Shown here one piece after another: positions 36,775 through 49,840 of a stretch of 64,000 nt of DNA. Position numbers and translations under genes: made by a program. Position 1 is the stretch's first letter; each line of letters starts with the position of its first letter. The notes under the pieces are model-generated. The model saw nothing but the letters and a program-made list of their open reading frames with translations, was not told where the DNA came from and searched no databases. Source of the stretch: Mustelus asterias (lineage: Eukaryota); NCBI RefSeq assembly GCF_964213995.1, contig NC_135805.1, positions 146,072,001-146,136,000 of the forward strand. The letters are read 5' to 3'.

Positions 36775-38409
36775 TATTAATGTGGACTTTAAGAAAGAGG
36801 ATGCGTTGGAAACTTTGAATAGCATCAAGATAGATAAGTCGCCGGGACCGGATGGGATGTACCCCAGGTTACTGTGGGAGGCGAGGCAAGAGATTACAGA
36901 GCCTCTGACGATGATCTTTGCGTCATCGATGGAGACGGGAGAGGTTCCGGAGGATTGGAGGATTGCGGATGTGGTTCCTATGTTCAAGAAAAGGAATAGG
37001 GATAGCCCAGGAAATTACCGACTGGTGACTCTAACCTCAGTAGTTGGTAAGTTGATGGAGAAGATCCTGAGGGACAGGATTTATGAACATTTAGAGAAGT
37101 TTAGTATGCTCAAAAGTAGTCAGCACGGTTTTGTCAAAGGCAAATCGTGCCTTACCAGCCTGGTGGAGTTCTTTGAAAATGTGACTAAACACATTGATGA
37201 AGGAAAAGCGGTAGATGTGGTTTACATGGACTTCAGCAAGGCATTTGATAAGGTCCCCCATGCAAGACTTCTCGAGAAAGTGAGAGGGCATGGGATCCAA
37301 GGGGCTGTTGCCTTGTGGATTCAGAACTGGCTTGCCTGCAGAAGGCAGAGAGCGGTTGTAGACGGGTCTTTTTCTGAATAGAGTCGGTCACCAGTGGAGT
37401 GCCCCAGGGATCTGTTCTGGGACCGTTGCTGTTTGTCATTTTCATAAATGACCTGGATGAGGAAGTGGAGGGATGGGTAGGTAAGTTTGCCGACAACACG
37501 AAGGTTGCTGGTGTTGTGGATAGGTTGGAGGGATGTCAGAAGCTGCAGCGTGACATAGATAGGATGCAAGACTGGGCGGAGAAGTGGCAGTTGGACTTCA
37601 ACCCAAATGAATGTGTAGTGGTCCATTTTGGTAGGTCAAATGGGATGAAGGAGTATAATATCAAGGGTAAGACTCTTTGCAGTGCAGAGGATCAGAAGGA
37701 CCTTGGGGTCGGGGTCCATAGGACTCTTAAATCGGCCTCGCAGGTAGAGGAGGTGGTTAAGAAGGCGTATGGTGTGCTGGCCTTCATCAATCGAGGGATT
37801 GAGTTTAGGAGTCGGGAGATAATGCTGCAGCTTTATAAGACCCTCGTCAGACCCCACTTGGAGTACTGTGCTCAGTTCTGGTCACCTCATTACAGGAGGG
37901 ATGTGGAAATGATTGAAAGGGTGCAGAGAAGATTTACAAGGATGTTGCCTGGATTGGTTGGCATGCCTTATGAGGATAGGTTGAGGGAGCTTGGTCTTTT
38001 CTCCTTGGAGAGACGAAGGATGAGAGGTGACCTGATAGAGGGGATAGAGGTGTACAAGATGTTGCGAAGTATATATCGGGTGGATTATGGGAGGCTTTTT
38101 CCCAGGGCTGAAATGGCTGCAACAAGAGGACACAGGTTTAAGGTGCTGGGGAGTAGGTACGGAGGAGATATCAGGGGTAAGTCTTTCACTCTGAGGGTGG
38201 TGGGTGAGTGGAATCGGCTGCCATCAGTGCTGGTGGAGGCAAACTCAATAGGGTCTTTTAAGAGACTTCTGGATGAGTACATGGGACTTAATAGGATTGA
38301 GGGTTATAGGTAAGCTTATATATAAGCCTAGGTAGGTCGGGACATGACCAGCGCAACTTGTGGGCCGAAGGGCCTGTTTGTGCTGTATTTTTTCTATGTT
38401 CTATGTTCT
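36775..38409 (+). mobile_element. 5'-truncated CR1 LINE (RT), present in copy B only
   Basis: ORFs 36782-37381 and 37399-38313, separated by one stop. AAG is duplicated at the ends. Empty site ATAGCAAGCAAGG at about 11125. Confidence 0.95.
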
Positions 38410-41400
38410 AAGCAAGGCAATGGAGCAGGGGCTGTAAAATGGGATTAGAATAGGCAGGCGCCTGATGGCTGGTGCAGACACGATGGGCCGAAGGGCATCG
38501 AGCTGTTCTATAAAACTCTAACTTTCTGACTATGACTTGTTTCCTACTGCACAGTTAGTTAAAAGAGAGCTGCAAAGTTAAATCTGACTCTTGCTGAAAT
38601 CTCAGCCTGATCTGGATAGCCCATATGAAGCAGCAGTATGCTGGAAAGACTGATTCTCAGTCCCCCCCATCAAAGAATGTCAGATGAAGCAGGAACTGAT
38701 TGCTGTAGTACTGTGGTGGGCTCAGATACTGATTTGTAACTGGTTTTACTATTATGATTAATTCTTTGATCACTTTTCTGCCTTCCAGCTTGCCTATTCT
38801 TCAGAGTTAGGAGCTCTGGAAGGAAAAAAATGACAAATGATTGCTGAGGCAGATGCTACCTTGAAAGAAGGACAAGTGCAGGGAGCTGGTTCCAACACAC
38901 AGCAGGTAGGGTGTGACTCACAAAGCACAGCGATACTACCAGATCATTAGATCCATAATAAATGGGAAAATAAAATTACAGACTATTTTACACTTCAGAG
39001 AAAGCTGAAAGAAAGGACAAATGAAACGCAAAGGCTCTCATTTACACAGGAAATATTGAAGCCAAATGAATCTGTAATGGACACAATAGAGAAATACAAA
39101 GTAACCGTGTAGGATTATTCCTGCTTTCATACACAGTACCATGTCTGAGAGATCCAGAATGTAAATAATATTTATATACAGTAGCAGAGACATATATGAA
39201 TCAGGCACACATGCACCTGGGTAATGACTGATGAATGTGGAACTAATGTAGAACTAAACTCACACTCACCTCCAGGCACTGAAAGTTTCACAATGTAACA
39301 TTCACCTGTAATGTTGGAGACTTCAACGCATAATAGATCACAACATTGTATTTGATTCCATGGGCTAACAGGTACTTAACTCATCTCAATCTCAGACACT
39401 GTATCATAGAGAAAACTATACATAATGTACAGACCTTTCACATACAGCACACGGACTGACAGGTACAGAAGTAAACTAGCTTTCAGATTTATTAACAGAG
39501 AATGGCAGGAAGAGAAAATAGGCCATACTGGTGTACAGGACAAGATAGTGAATATAAACCACACTCCCATTCCAATGGAGGGCCTAACATTTGCAGAATT
39601 AAGGCCATAACAACACAGCTGCAATAGATGACACTCACACCCTTAAGTTGAAGTGATAAAAATAGAGAGTCACGCTAACAGTGTCCCAAGGACTGAAGAT
39701 CACAATTACAGAAAGGTACAGATTGATAACAACATTCACATAGGATAAGAGACTGAAAAAAACTTGATCTCTCATTCATTGTAATTGGAGACTGAGTGCT
39801 GCAGAGTGAATCCTATATGTGCACAAAGTACCAAACTGACAGATAGAGATAAATCATACAATCACAAAAACATAAATGAGTGTGACAGATACAGAACACA
39901 TCTCATGCATGTGCATCTCAATGAGCTAGAACATACAGCGTGAATCCTTTAGTTGCAGTCATCCCAGCGACAATCTAATATTGAATTGTACTCATGTACA
40001 CATACCAGAAAATGACAGAAAAGAAAGTAGCCGATATTGAAGGAGACAAAACCTCACAAACGAACTCAAAGAATGATGAAAATTCATCCCACAACCACAT
40101 GTATAGAATGACTTATGAACCAGTGATGAACAGATGCAGATCAAATGTATTTCACAAACCGATCACTTACCAGACTGATTATATTTGTTCTTTGAACAGA
40201 GAAAGGTGAGCAATTTGTCCTGCACTAGTCATCTTAGAACCACCTCCTTGCACCATGCTGTCTGCGAAAGGTACAGTCATGTTCGAGATAGGTGGGAAGA
40301 GTGAATATTTTACTCCAATGACAATGAAGGAATGGTGATAGAATTTCAAGTCATAGTGGTCTTTGAATTGGAGTTGAACTTGCATGTGGTGTGATTTCCA
40401 TGTACCAACTGTCCATGATCTTCTATGGTGTGGAGATGCCGGTGTTGGACTGAGGTGGTCACAGTAAGAAGTCTCACAACACCAGGTTAAAGTCCAGCAG
40501 GTTTATTTTAAGCTTCATTAGAGTATCATGATTGGCACAGACTTGGAGTGCCGTAGGAGCTGTTCCTGTTCTGTACATTTATTTTTATTGTCAGAGGATT
40601 TGAGTGTAGGAATAGGGATGTTTTACTGCAATTGTATAGGTTGGTGAGGCCATACCTGAAATGTTGTGTGCAGTTTTGATGTCCTTATCTGACGGAGGAA
40701 GCTCTTTGCTGCAGTGGGACTGCAGCGCAGGTTGAGCAGGCTGATTCCTGTGATAGCAGGTCTGTCATATGAGGAGTGATTAAGTTAGTTAGGATTATAT
40801 CACTAGAGTTCAGAAGGGTGAGAGGGGATCTCATAGAAGCTTATAACATTTTCACAGAATTAGACAGGGTAGATTCAGAGAGAATGTACCCAATGGTGCA
40901 GGTGTCCAGAATTAGTGATCACAGTGGACGGTTAAGGGGGAAGCCTTTTAGAACTGAGTAGAGGAGAAATTTCCTCACCCGAACAGTGGCGAAGGTGTGG
41001 AATGCACTACCATAGGCAGTAGTTGAGGCCAAGACATTGTATGGTTTTAAGAAGATAGAGATATAGCTCTTGGGGCTAAATAGATCAAGGGATATGGGGG
41101 AGAAGGTGGGTTCACAAGATTGAATTTGATGATCATAATGAATGGCAGAGTGGGCTCGAAGAGCCAACAGGCCTGCTCCTGCTTCTATTTTCTATGTTTC
41201 TATGGGACCCTTGTTATTGTTTGTTTGAAATATATATAATGTGTAGAAATAATGACCAACACTGGGTGTACAGGGCACAACTTCAAGATGTAGCGACACG
41301 GTGGCATAGTGGTTCGCACTGCTGCCTCACAGTGCCAGGAACCTGTGTTCAATTCTCGGCTTGGGTGACTGTCTGTGCGGAGTCTGCACGTTCTCCCTGT

Positions 41401-41589
41401 GTCTGCATGGTTTTCTTCCGGGTGCTCCAGATTCCTCCCACAGTCTGAAAGACATGGTGGTTAGGTGCATTAGCCATGCTAACTTCTCCCTCAGTGTACC
41501 AGAACAGGCACCGGAGTGTGACGACAAGGGGACTTTCACAGTAACTTCATTGCAGTGTTAATGTAAGCCTACTTGTGACACTAAACTTC

Positions 41590-42790
41590 AGATGATAGGA
41601 AAATTGTAAGCTAAGTGAACTGTGAGGGGATTAGTGTATTACTGCGAGGATGTAGGCACGTTGGAAGAATGGGAAGACAGTTGACAGATGAAGTTCAAAG
41701 CAAAAGCATGTTAAGTCTTTCATTTTGGTAGGAAGGACTTGGAGGAAAAGTATAAAATACAGGATGCAATGCAAACGTGGGTGCAGATGCAAAGGGACCT
41801 CCATGGATGTATCTGTAAGTCATTGAAGGTGGCAGGGCAGGTTGAAAGAGAGAATAAAGCATACTGCATCTCGGGCTTTGTTAATAGGGGCATAGAGTAC
41901 AAGAACAATGGAGCTTTGTTCAATTTGCACAAGTCACTTGTTATGCCTCAGCAGGAATGTAGGGTCCAGTTCAGTGCACCCTACATTCGAAAGGATGTGA
42001 CGACATTGGAGTGATTGCGGGAAGGATTCACAAGACTGGTTCCAGGGGTGAGGATCAACAGTTATATCAAGAAATTGGAGAAGTTGGAACTGTCTTCCCA
42101 TGAGAAATGATGGCTGAGAGGAGCATTCATTGAGGAAAATGAGATTCTGGTGAAGATATTGTGGCACAGTGTTCAGGGAGAGGTTAATAACATTTCCTGG
42201 GCTTTATTAATAGAGGCGTTGCGTACAGCAGCACAGAGCTTATGGTCAATTTGTAGGATCACCAGTTCAGCCTCCGCTGTGTCCATTTCTGGGATCCACA
42301 TTTCAGGAAGAAGATGAAGGCATCAGAGACAGAGTGCAGAAAGATCCTGCAGAAAGGGTCCAGGGGTGAGGAACTTCATTATGAAGATAGATTGGAGAAG
42401 TTGTTTTCCTTACAGAAGAGAAGGTTGAGAAGAGATTTGACGGATGTCTTAAAAATATTGAGGAATCTGAGCAACATGGAGAGGGATGAACAGCTCCCAC
42501 TCCTGAAAGGATTGAGAATGAGAGGGTACAGATTGAATGTAAATAGTAAAACAAGCAAAGGTTGTATGAGGAGAAGCTTTCTTTGGCAGCGAGTTGTTAG
42601 GGCTTGCAATGCATGGTCTGAGTATGTTGGAGACAGGTTCAATCAAATCATTTGAAAGTGACTCAGACTGATATCCAAAATGGAAGAACGTACATGGTCA
42701 GGGGAGAATGTTGGGGGTGGGAGGAATCCAGGTGACTTGCTCATATTGAAAGCCAGTGTAGTCATGATGGGCCAAATGGCCTCCTGTTGC
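41590..42790 (+). mobile_element. Old degenerate CR1 fragments
   Basis: SLKVAGQVE...NRGIEYK and RRLRRDLTDV...QRVVRACN remnants. Confidence 0.65.
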
Positions 42791-44518
42791 ACCATAACAG
42801 ATGTGTCCTTTTGCCTGAGATCAAGTGTCTGATCAAACCAAAGATGGGGTGCAATGAGTTATCTTGTCAGCTTGGATCTTGTTTGTCTCTCCTCTGGGAA
42901 ACATGGATTGGATCCAATTCAATTTGAATTTGGTTTTGAAGCAAATGTTAGCCAATCAGAGCAGAAACCCCAGGTATATTATAAAGCCAGATGAGACCCA
43001 AACAATTATTCTATTCTGGCATCAATTTGAGGAAAGGATGCTTTTGCTCCAGGAGTAATTCCACAGACAAAACAAGCTTTATCCATGATGTCGTTTGAGT
43101 ATAACTTGAACAAAATGAAACAGTTTGACTCTTAATCATTGACAAATCTTTGAATGAAACAATCCTTAACCTGTAACTCAGTTCCAATTGAGCAATAAAA
43201 GCAAATTACTGTGGATGCTGCAATCTGAAATTGAAACTTTGAAAAAGGTCATCTGGACTCGTAATGTCAGCACTTTTCTCTCCTTCCAGATGTTGCCAGA
43301 CCTGCTGGGATTTTCCAGCATTTTCTCTTTTGGTTTCCAATTAAGCAATATTTCTCCTGTAGATTTAAAATCCGCTTAATATAGTTTACACGTCCAGGCA
43401 AACTTGCTTAACCTTTGTTCACAGCTTTGGAGGTTCCAGAGAGAGTTGCTTCGAGGCTGTTAACTTTATCAGGCCTTTCCAGCAGCTGAACTCAGACAGC
43501 TGTTTTTCTCACTGCAAACCTAGCTCCTCCCTTTTCTCGTATCACATGACTAAATGACCCTGCAGACTAAGCCCACCTTTCCATTACATTAATCAAAAAA
43601 CACCACAAGGTCCTCTTCGTTGATAAACAAGCTCATTCAGTCTCCAGCTAAATAAGGATTTACATGATGAAAAGGTGTACTTATCCTGCTTTCCAGCATC
43701 TGCTGTATTCCTTTCGTAGCAAAACACTGAATGATAAAGCAGTCCCTCTTAAACATAAAATATATTGGTAGCGAACTATTATCACACAAGGAAGGGATAT
43801 GATTTCGTCCTGTCCACACTGAGTATTGGCTTTGTAACTTTAAGAATGGAATTTTTTTTAAAAAGCAATTCTGTGAACTTAAATCAAGCACAAAATTGAA
43901 GAAGTCAAAACTTCCTTACAAGAAGTGACGGCGGAGAGGAGATTAGATAGAGGCTCTCAAACCCCTGAGGGGCATGGGCTGAGTTCATTTGGAGAAATTA
44001 CACCCCGCATGACATAATCAGGCAGGTGGGAACACGGAACCGAAATGACTGCTTGTCAATGTGAAAGAAAAATCTTTTGATGCAGGGGATGGTTACAGAC
44101 TGCAATGCCCCGCTTGAGAGTATTATGGAGGCTGGTTCAAAGAAAGAGTTCACATTTGGAATAAGCTGTTCTGTGAAGAGAAAGATTGTGCAATGTTCCT
44201 AAGGGAAGGCAGGAGAACGGGGACTGGGTGAGTTGCAAATCCGGAGACAGTATAGACAGGATGGGTCGAATGGCCCACTGCACTGCCAAACCTCTGTCAT
44301 TCTGACATTGTGGCTGTGACGAGCAGTGAATCTGATTGGCTATCGAAAGTAACCAATCAGTGACAGATAGAACATTGCGATTTGACATCATTGTGAATCA
44401 GCCAATGGGGAAAATTGTCCTCCCCAATCCTTCATTTGCATTGGGCCGCGTCTGAGTCGATAAATACTGAGTTCTGGGGCCCGCTCCAGTTATTGCTTTT
44501 CTGAAATTGAAGGCGAGA

Positions 44519-44899
44519 ATGGGTGAGGATAAGAAGCAGCAGCAAATTTCCAAGAAGGGCGGCAAGAAAGCCCTGAAGAAACCGACAACCAAGAGTGGCA
44601 AGAAGAAGAGGAGGTCCAGGAGGGAGAGTTACGGCATCTACATCTACAAAGTGATGAAGCAGGTTCACCCCGACACCGGCATCTCCTCCAAGGCCATGAG
44701 CATCATGAACTCGTTCGTTAACGACATCTTCGAGCGCATCGCGGGTGAGGCTTCACGCCTGGCCCATTACAACAAGCGCAGCACCATCAGCTCCCGGGAG
44801 ATCCAGACCGCCGTGCGCCTGCTTCTGCCCGGGGAACTGGCGAAGCACGCCGTGTCGGAGGGGACAAAGGCGGTGACCAAATACACCAGCTCCAAGTAA
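44519..44899 (+). CDS. H2B: Histone H2B, 126 aa (protein identical to the 20024 copy)
   Basis: ATG at 44519. Octamer and CCAAT boxes upstream, stem-loop downstream. Confidence 0.97.
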   Translation: MGEDKKQQQISKKGGKKALKKPTTKSGKKKRRSRRESYGIYIYKVMKQVHPDTGISSKAMSIMNSFVNDIFERIAGEASRLAHYNKRSTISSREIQTAVRLLLPGELAKHAVSEGTKAVTKYTSSK

Positions 44900-44931
44900 A
44901 ACTACATAATACACCGAAAAAAATAAACAAC

Positions 44932-44947
44932 GGCTCTTTTAAGAGCC
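44932..44947 (+). terminator. Histone 3' stem-loop (H2B copy B)
   Basis: GGCTCTTTTAAGAGCC-ACCCA. Confidence 0.95.
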
Positions 44948-44994
44948 ACCCACAACTTCTGTGAAGTAGCTAAACCCACTTTTAGTAATTAGTC

Positions 44995-45250
44995 AGGTTT
45001 GCAGCATAGACACAGGCCCTTCGGCCCAATTTGTCCATGCCGCCTTTTTTTTAAACCCCTAAACTAATCCCAATTGCCCGCATTTGACCCATATCCCTCT
45101 ACCCATCGTACCCATGTAACTCAATGCTTTTTAAAAGATAAAATTTTACCCGTCTCTACTACCTCTGGCAGCTTGTTCCAGACACTCGCCACCCTCTGTG
45201 TGGAAAAAATTGCCCCTCTGGACATTGTATCTCTCCCCTCTCACCTTAAA
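44995..45250 (-). mobile_element. Short CR1 3' fragment, present in copy B only
   Basis: AGGCCCTTCGGCCC end and CACCCTCTGTGTGGAAAAA (FFHTEGG-like) segment. Absent at about 20495. Confidence 0.7.
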
Positions 45251-45754
45251 TTATTTGATGTTTTATTGTAAATAATAATGCACTTTGAACTTTATTTTCT
45301 GATGTGTTTCAAACAGAATATTGTGAGTGATGCAGAATGAGTCCGCTGGATCTTCATGTTTTGTTTGTAAAATCCTTTCATTTACTGCTCAGTGACCCTG
45401 ACTGCGCTCTGACATCCGCCTTTGATATCCGGGTTTGGAGAGAGCGCGAATAAATCCTTTCATTTAGTGGCTGCTCGGTGACCCTGGCTGAGCTATTGTG
45501 CTGGCTTTAGGCAGAGAGCGAATAGATCGCAAATACGTCCGTTTCTATGTGTTAGAGAATGCTCTCAATAGTCGATCAGTTTATTCAACATCAATCCTTT
45601 TGGTGTCGAAACTTCAATCCCACTGGCAACAAAGTGAAAACTCCGCTTTTGACAGTGAATTTGTAGCCTGTTACAAAATGAATACAATATTAGCCCATTT
45701 GCAGGAGGCGGTGAGAGACATTCTGCCGCCTGACCAGAGTGTTTTAAACAACTG

Positions 45755-45850
45755 CCAGCTCCAAGTAAAACTGTCCAATGCACTGAAAAAACACCCAAAC
45801 CAACCAAACGGCTCTTTTAAGAGCCACCCACAACTTCTGTGAAGTAGCTA
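45755..45850 (+). pseudogene. Orphan H2B 3' end (last codons, 3' UTR, stem-loop and HDE)
   Basis: CCAGCTCCAAGTAA (..SSK*) at 45755-45768 and GGCTCTTTTAAGAGCC at 45810-45825, with no upstream CDS. Confidence 0.88.
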
Positions 45851-46474
45851 AACCCACATTTAGTAATTACTTGTCTGTTTTATTGTAAGAAAAACACTTT
45901 GAAACTGAGTCTTTGTTTGTTTCTAACAGTATTGTGAGTGATGCAGAATGAATCCGCTCGATCTTTGCAGTTTTGTAAAGTCCCTTCATTTAGTGGCTGC
46001 TCGGTGACCTTGATATCCGGCTTTGGAGAGAGCGCAAAGTGAAAACTCCGCTTTTGACACTGAATTTGTAGCCTGTTACAAAATGGATACAATTTTTAGT
46101 CTATTTGCAGGAGGCGGTGAATGAGACATTCTGTCGCCTGACCAGAGTGTTTTAAACAACTGTCCGGTTAATGTTGATTAGACTGCGGATTGTAAAAATT
46201 AATTTGGAATTTGTGATAAAACGTAAACCAATAGAAAGAGGTAGGACGACATTATAAAACTTCGAGCTAATTCCACTTGTAACTTGTTCCTTAATTTACA
46301 AATATGTCGGCAGTTTACTTTAAAAGTTTAGATTCTGCCAGTTTGGCGCCTTTATTTTGGGCGTGAATGAAAACTCAGAACGCTGGATAAACTCAGCAAG
46401 TCTGGCAGCATCTGTGGAGTAAGAAGTCTCACAACACCAGGTTAAAGTCCAACAGGTTTATTTGGTAGCAAATA

Positions 46475-46511
46475 CCATAAGCTTTCGGAGCACAGCTCCT
46501 TCGTCAGATGG
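46475..46511 (-). ncRNA. Minimal hammerhead motif in a solo Penelope terminus (46420-46525)
   Basis: ccat CTGACGA a ggagc tgt gctcc GAAA gc TT atgg. Flanked by the direct repeat CATCTGTGGAG at 46409-46419 and 46526-46536. Confidence 0.78.
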
Positions 46512-46845
46512 AGTGGATATCTGTTCATCTGTGGAGACAGAATTAAGGATCCGGATTGGAATGACCCCTGTAAAGATCCCAAACATTAACCTCCATCGAC
46601 GCTGCCAGAGCTGTTGGATTTTTCTAGCATTTTCTGATTTTAATTCTGACTTCCCGCAGAATGTTACTTGAATTAATTTTCGACTTCTGGGCAGTTAGTG
46701 AGAAATCCCACACGTGAAATCAAACTGCCCGATAAAGGGAAACTTTGGGTTAGGTAGAGAAATGGAGTGTATCTAATCTTGAACTGAAATCTGGATTATC
46801 TATCAACATATTTTTTACAATTGCTGCTGGAATTTTTCTGTGTAT

Positions 46846-47050
46846 TTTGGCGCTCATTTAAAATTTGAAATAAAGAATCGGTTGAAATCTGAGAATTTGG
46901 CGCCCTTACTTTCCGCCCTCAGCACCGTGGCCTTTCCCGATTGGTGCTTTAAACAGATATCTGATTGGTCATTGTAGAGAAGGTGTCATTCGGTTTTCCC
47001 CATAACCAATCAGCAATGTGTGCACCGCCATCCCTCCCCAAGCTATAAGA
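46846..47050 (+). promoter_or_regulatory. H2A promoter: E2F-like sites, CCAAT boxes and TATA
   Basis: TTTGGCGC at 46846 and 46896, two ATTGG, CCAAT at about 47006 and TATAAGA at 47044. Confidence 0.7.
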
Positions 47051-47057
47051 GAAGTGA

Positions 47058-47495
<438 letters not shown>

Positions 47496-47525
47496 AGCGA
47501 CCACTCTGAAATCTAGCAACCCAAA

Positions 47526-47541
47526 GGCTCTTTTCAGAGCC
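47526..47541 (+). terminator. Histone 3' stem-loop (H2A)
   Basis: GGCTCTTTTCAGAGCC-ACCCA followed by a GAAAGAG HDE. Confidence 0.96.
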
Positions 47542-48093
47542 ACCCACTTTCTCTGTGAAAGAGTGTCCATCCACACAATTGTGTTTTTGTGAGATTTCCT
47601 TTGCAGCTTTCTGAATTTTCAGAGACGCTGCAGGGAATAGTCTCGAATTTAAGCTTCAAACAGGGATCATCCAGCAGCCTGAAGCGATTTATTTACAATG
47701 ATTCAGAACCTTCACTGTATATACGAAAGGGCGGGTCACACAAGTGAGAAACTAGTTTGCGTGTCGATGAGGGGGGGTCTTGACAAATACATGAATAGGA
47801 TGAGAATAGAGGGATATGGTCCCCCGAGGGGTAGGGAGTTTTAGTTCAGTCAGGCAGCATAGTCGATGCAGGCTTGGAGGGCCGAAGGGCCTGGAACTTT
47901 CTTTGTTCTGAATATAATGCAGGTTATTAGGCGCGCCCAGTTTGTCTCATTGCCACACCCGTACAAATTTAGACCATGAAATGTGCGATTATCGCTTATA
48001 TCAAAACTAAACCATCATGATCTGAAAGCTGTGTCCATTACAATGGACATCCCACTGTATCATGGTCAGGGCTCTCAATGTGAGGATGTGGGC

Positions 48094-48109
48094 GGCTCTG
48101 AAAAGAGCC
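48094..48109 (-). terminator. Histone 3' stem-loop (H4 copy B)
   Basis: Reverse complement GGCTCTTTTCAGAGCC-GCCCA. Confidence 0.94.
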
Positions 48110-48140
48110 TTTGGGTTTTGCGAGAATTGGGTGAATTTGT

Positions 48141-48461
<321 letters not shown>

Positions 48462-48789
48462 TCAGTCAAATCGCTGCTGAATGAGAGAGGAGCTGCTGCA
48501 GCTTCCTTTATTATACAGCTCGCCCCGACCTGACTGAGAAAGAGAGAGAGAGAGAGAGGCGGGGCGGGGAGGAGACTGAGAGACAGACAGAGCAGTGAAA
48601 TGTCTTTCACCATCCAGCTCCTCCTCCTGCCGGCTCGAACCGACATTTTAGATTCAAATTCAAACAGAAGTGAAAAGAGCGCGCGGAACAAACTGGAATA
48701 TCAGATACAAGCTAGTTAGAACCCGGATCTATTCAATCCAGACCACAATAAGATAGAAGTCCAGATACAGTTTGAGGATGAACGCCATA

Positions 48790-49840
48790 GGCCTACAACC
48801 AGTGTCTTCAACTTAGGGCAATTATAATGGTATGAGGGAGGAGTTGGCTAAGGTGATCTGGGTAAACAAGCTAAGATACAGATTAGTAGATGAGCAGTAT
48901 CAGATATTCAAACACTTGGTCCAAAATGCTCAGCCGGAGTTTATCCCAATCAATAAGGGGGATTCAATGAGAACGAGACAAAATCCATGGTTTAACACAG
49001 GAGGAAGTTTAACAACACCAGGTTAAAGTCCAACAGGTTTATTTGGTAGCAAAAGCCACACGAGCTTTCGGAGCTCCAATCTGGACTTTAACCTGGTGTT
49101 GTTAAACTTCTTACTGTGTTTACCCCAGTCCAACGCCGGCATCTCCACATCATTAACACAGGAGGTCAAAGATAAAGAAAGCAGGATATACAAAGTAGCA
49201 AGCGATAGTGGTAGACCAGAGGACTGTCAAGTTTCTAGGATCCAGCAGCAAAACACAAAACAGCTCATAAAGAGGGAAAGAATGAAGTTTCGGAAAAAAC
49301 TTACATGCAGCATTAAAACAAACAGTAAGAGTTTGTATAGATATATAAATCGGAAACGGGCAGCTCAGGTAAATGTGGAACTCCAACTGAATGAAGCTAG
49401 TGAATTGATATCAGCAAACAAAAAATGGTGGATTATGCGAAACATTTTTTTTTATATCAGTCTTCACCTTGGAAGACATTGCAAATATCCCGAAGTTATC
49501 AAATTAAATAGTAGAACTTAGAAAAATCCCAATCACAAGGGATAGAGAATTAGAGAAAATCAAACGGCTAAATGTAGACAAGTCAGTACAGATATAGCTC
49601 TTGGGGCTAAAGGGATCAAGGGATATGGGGGAAGGTGGGATCAGGATATTGAATCTGATGATGTCATGATCAAAATGAATTGCAGAGCAGGCTCGAAGGG
49701 CCGAATGGCCTACTCCCGCTTCTATTTTCTATGTTTCTGAGTCACCAGGACCTGAGCTTCATGCTTGGGTGTGAATGGAAGTAGCTGTAGAGATAGTGGA
49801 CCCAATGGTTGAAATTTTTCGTAACTCACTAAATTTTGGG
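48790..49840 (+). mobile_element. Degenerate CR1 ORF2 fragments
   Basis: MREELAKVIW..NPWF and IKTNSKSLYRYIN remnants. Confidence 0.6.
49005..49152. mobile_element. Fold-back Penelope terminus with a 13-bp TSD
   Basis: TTAACACAGGAGG at 48992-49004 and 49153-49165. Internal inverted AACAACACCAGGTTAAAGTCC. Confidence 0.85.

Larger units (their letters stand above)
33581..46368 (+). repeat. Segmental duplication copy B
   Basis: Collinear with 7308-21150. The H4 block 48065-48742 also matches 27288-27977. Confidence 0.95.

Noticed and set aside
43190-43335. Another possible hammerhead-like motif (TTTGAAAAAGGTCATCTGGACTCGTAATG) in an old repeat
   Set aside because: Both catalytic core segments are mutated, so it is too degenerate to call.
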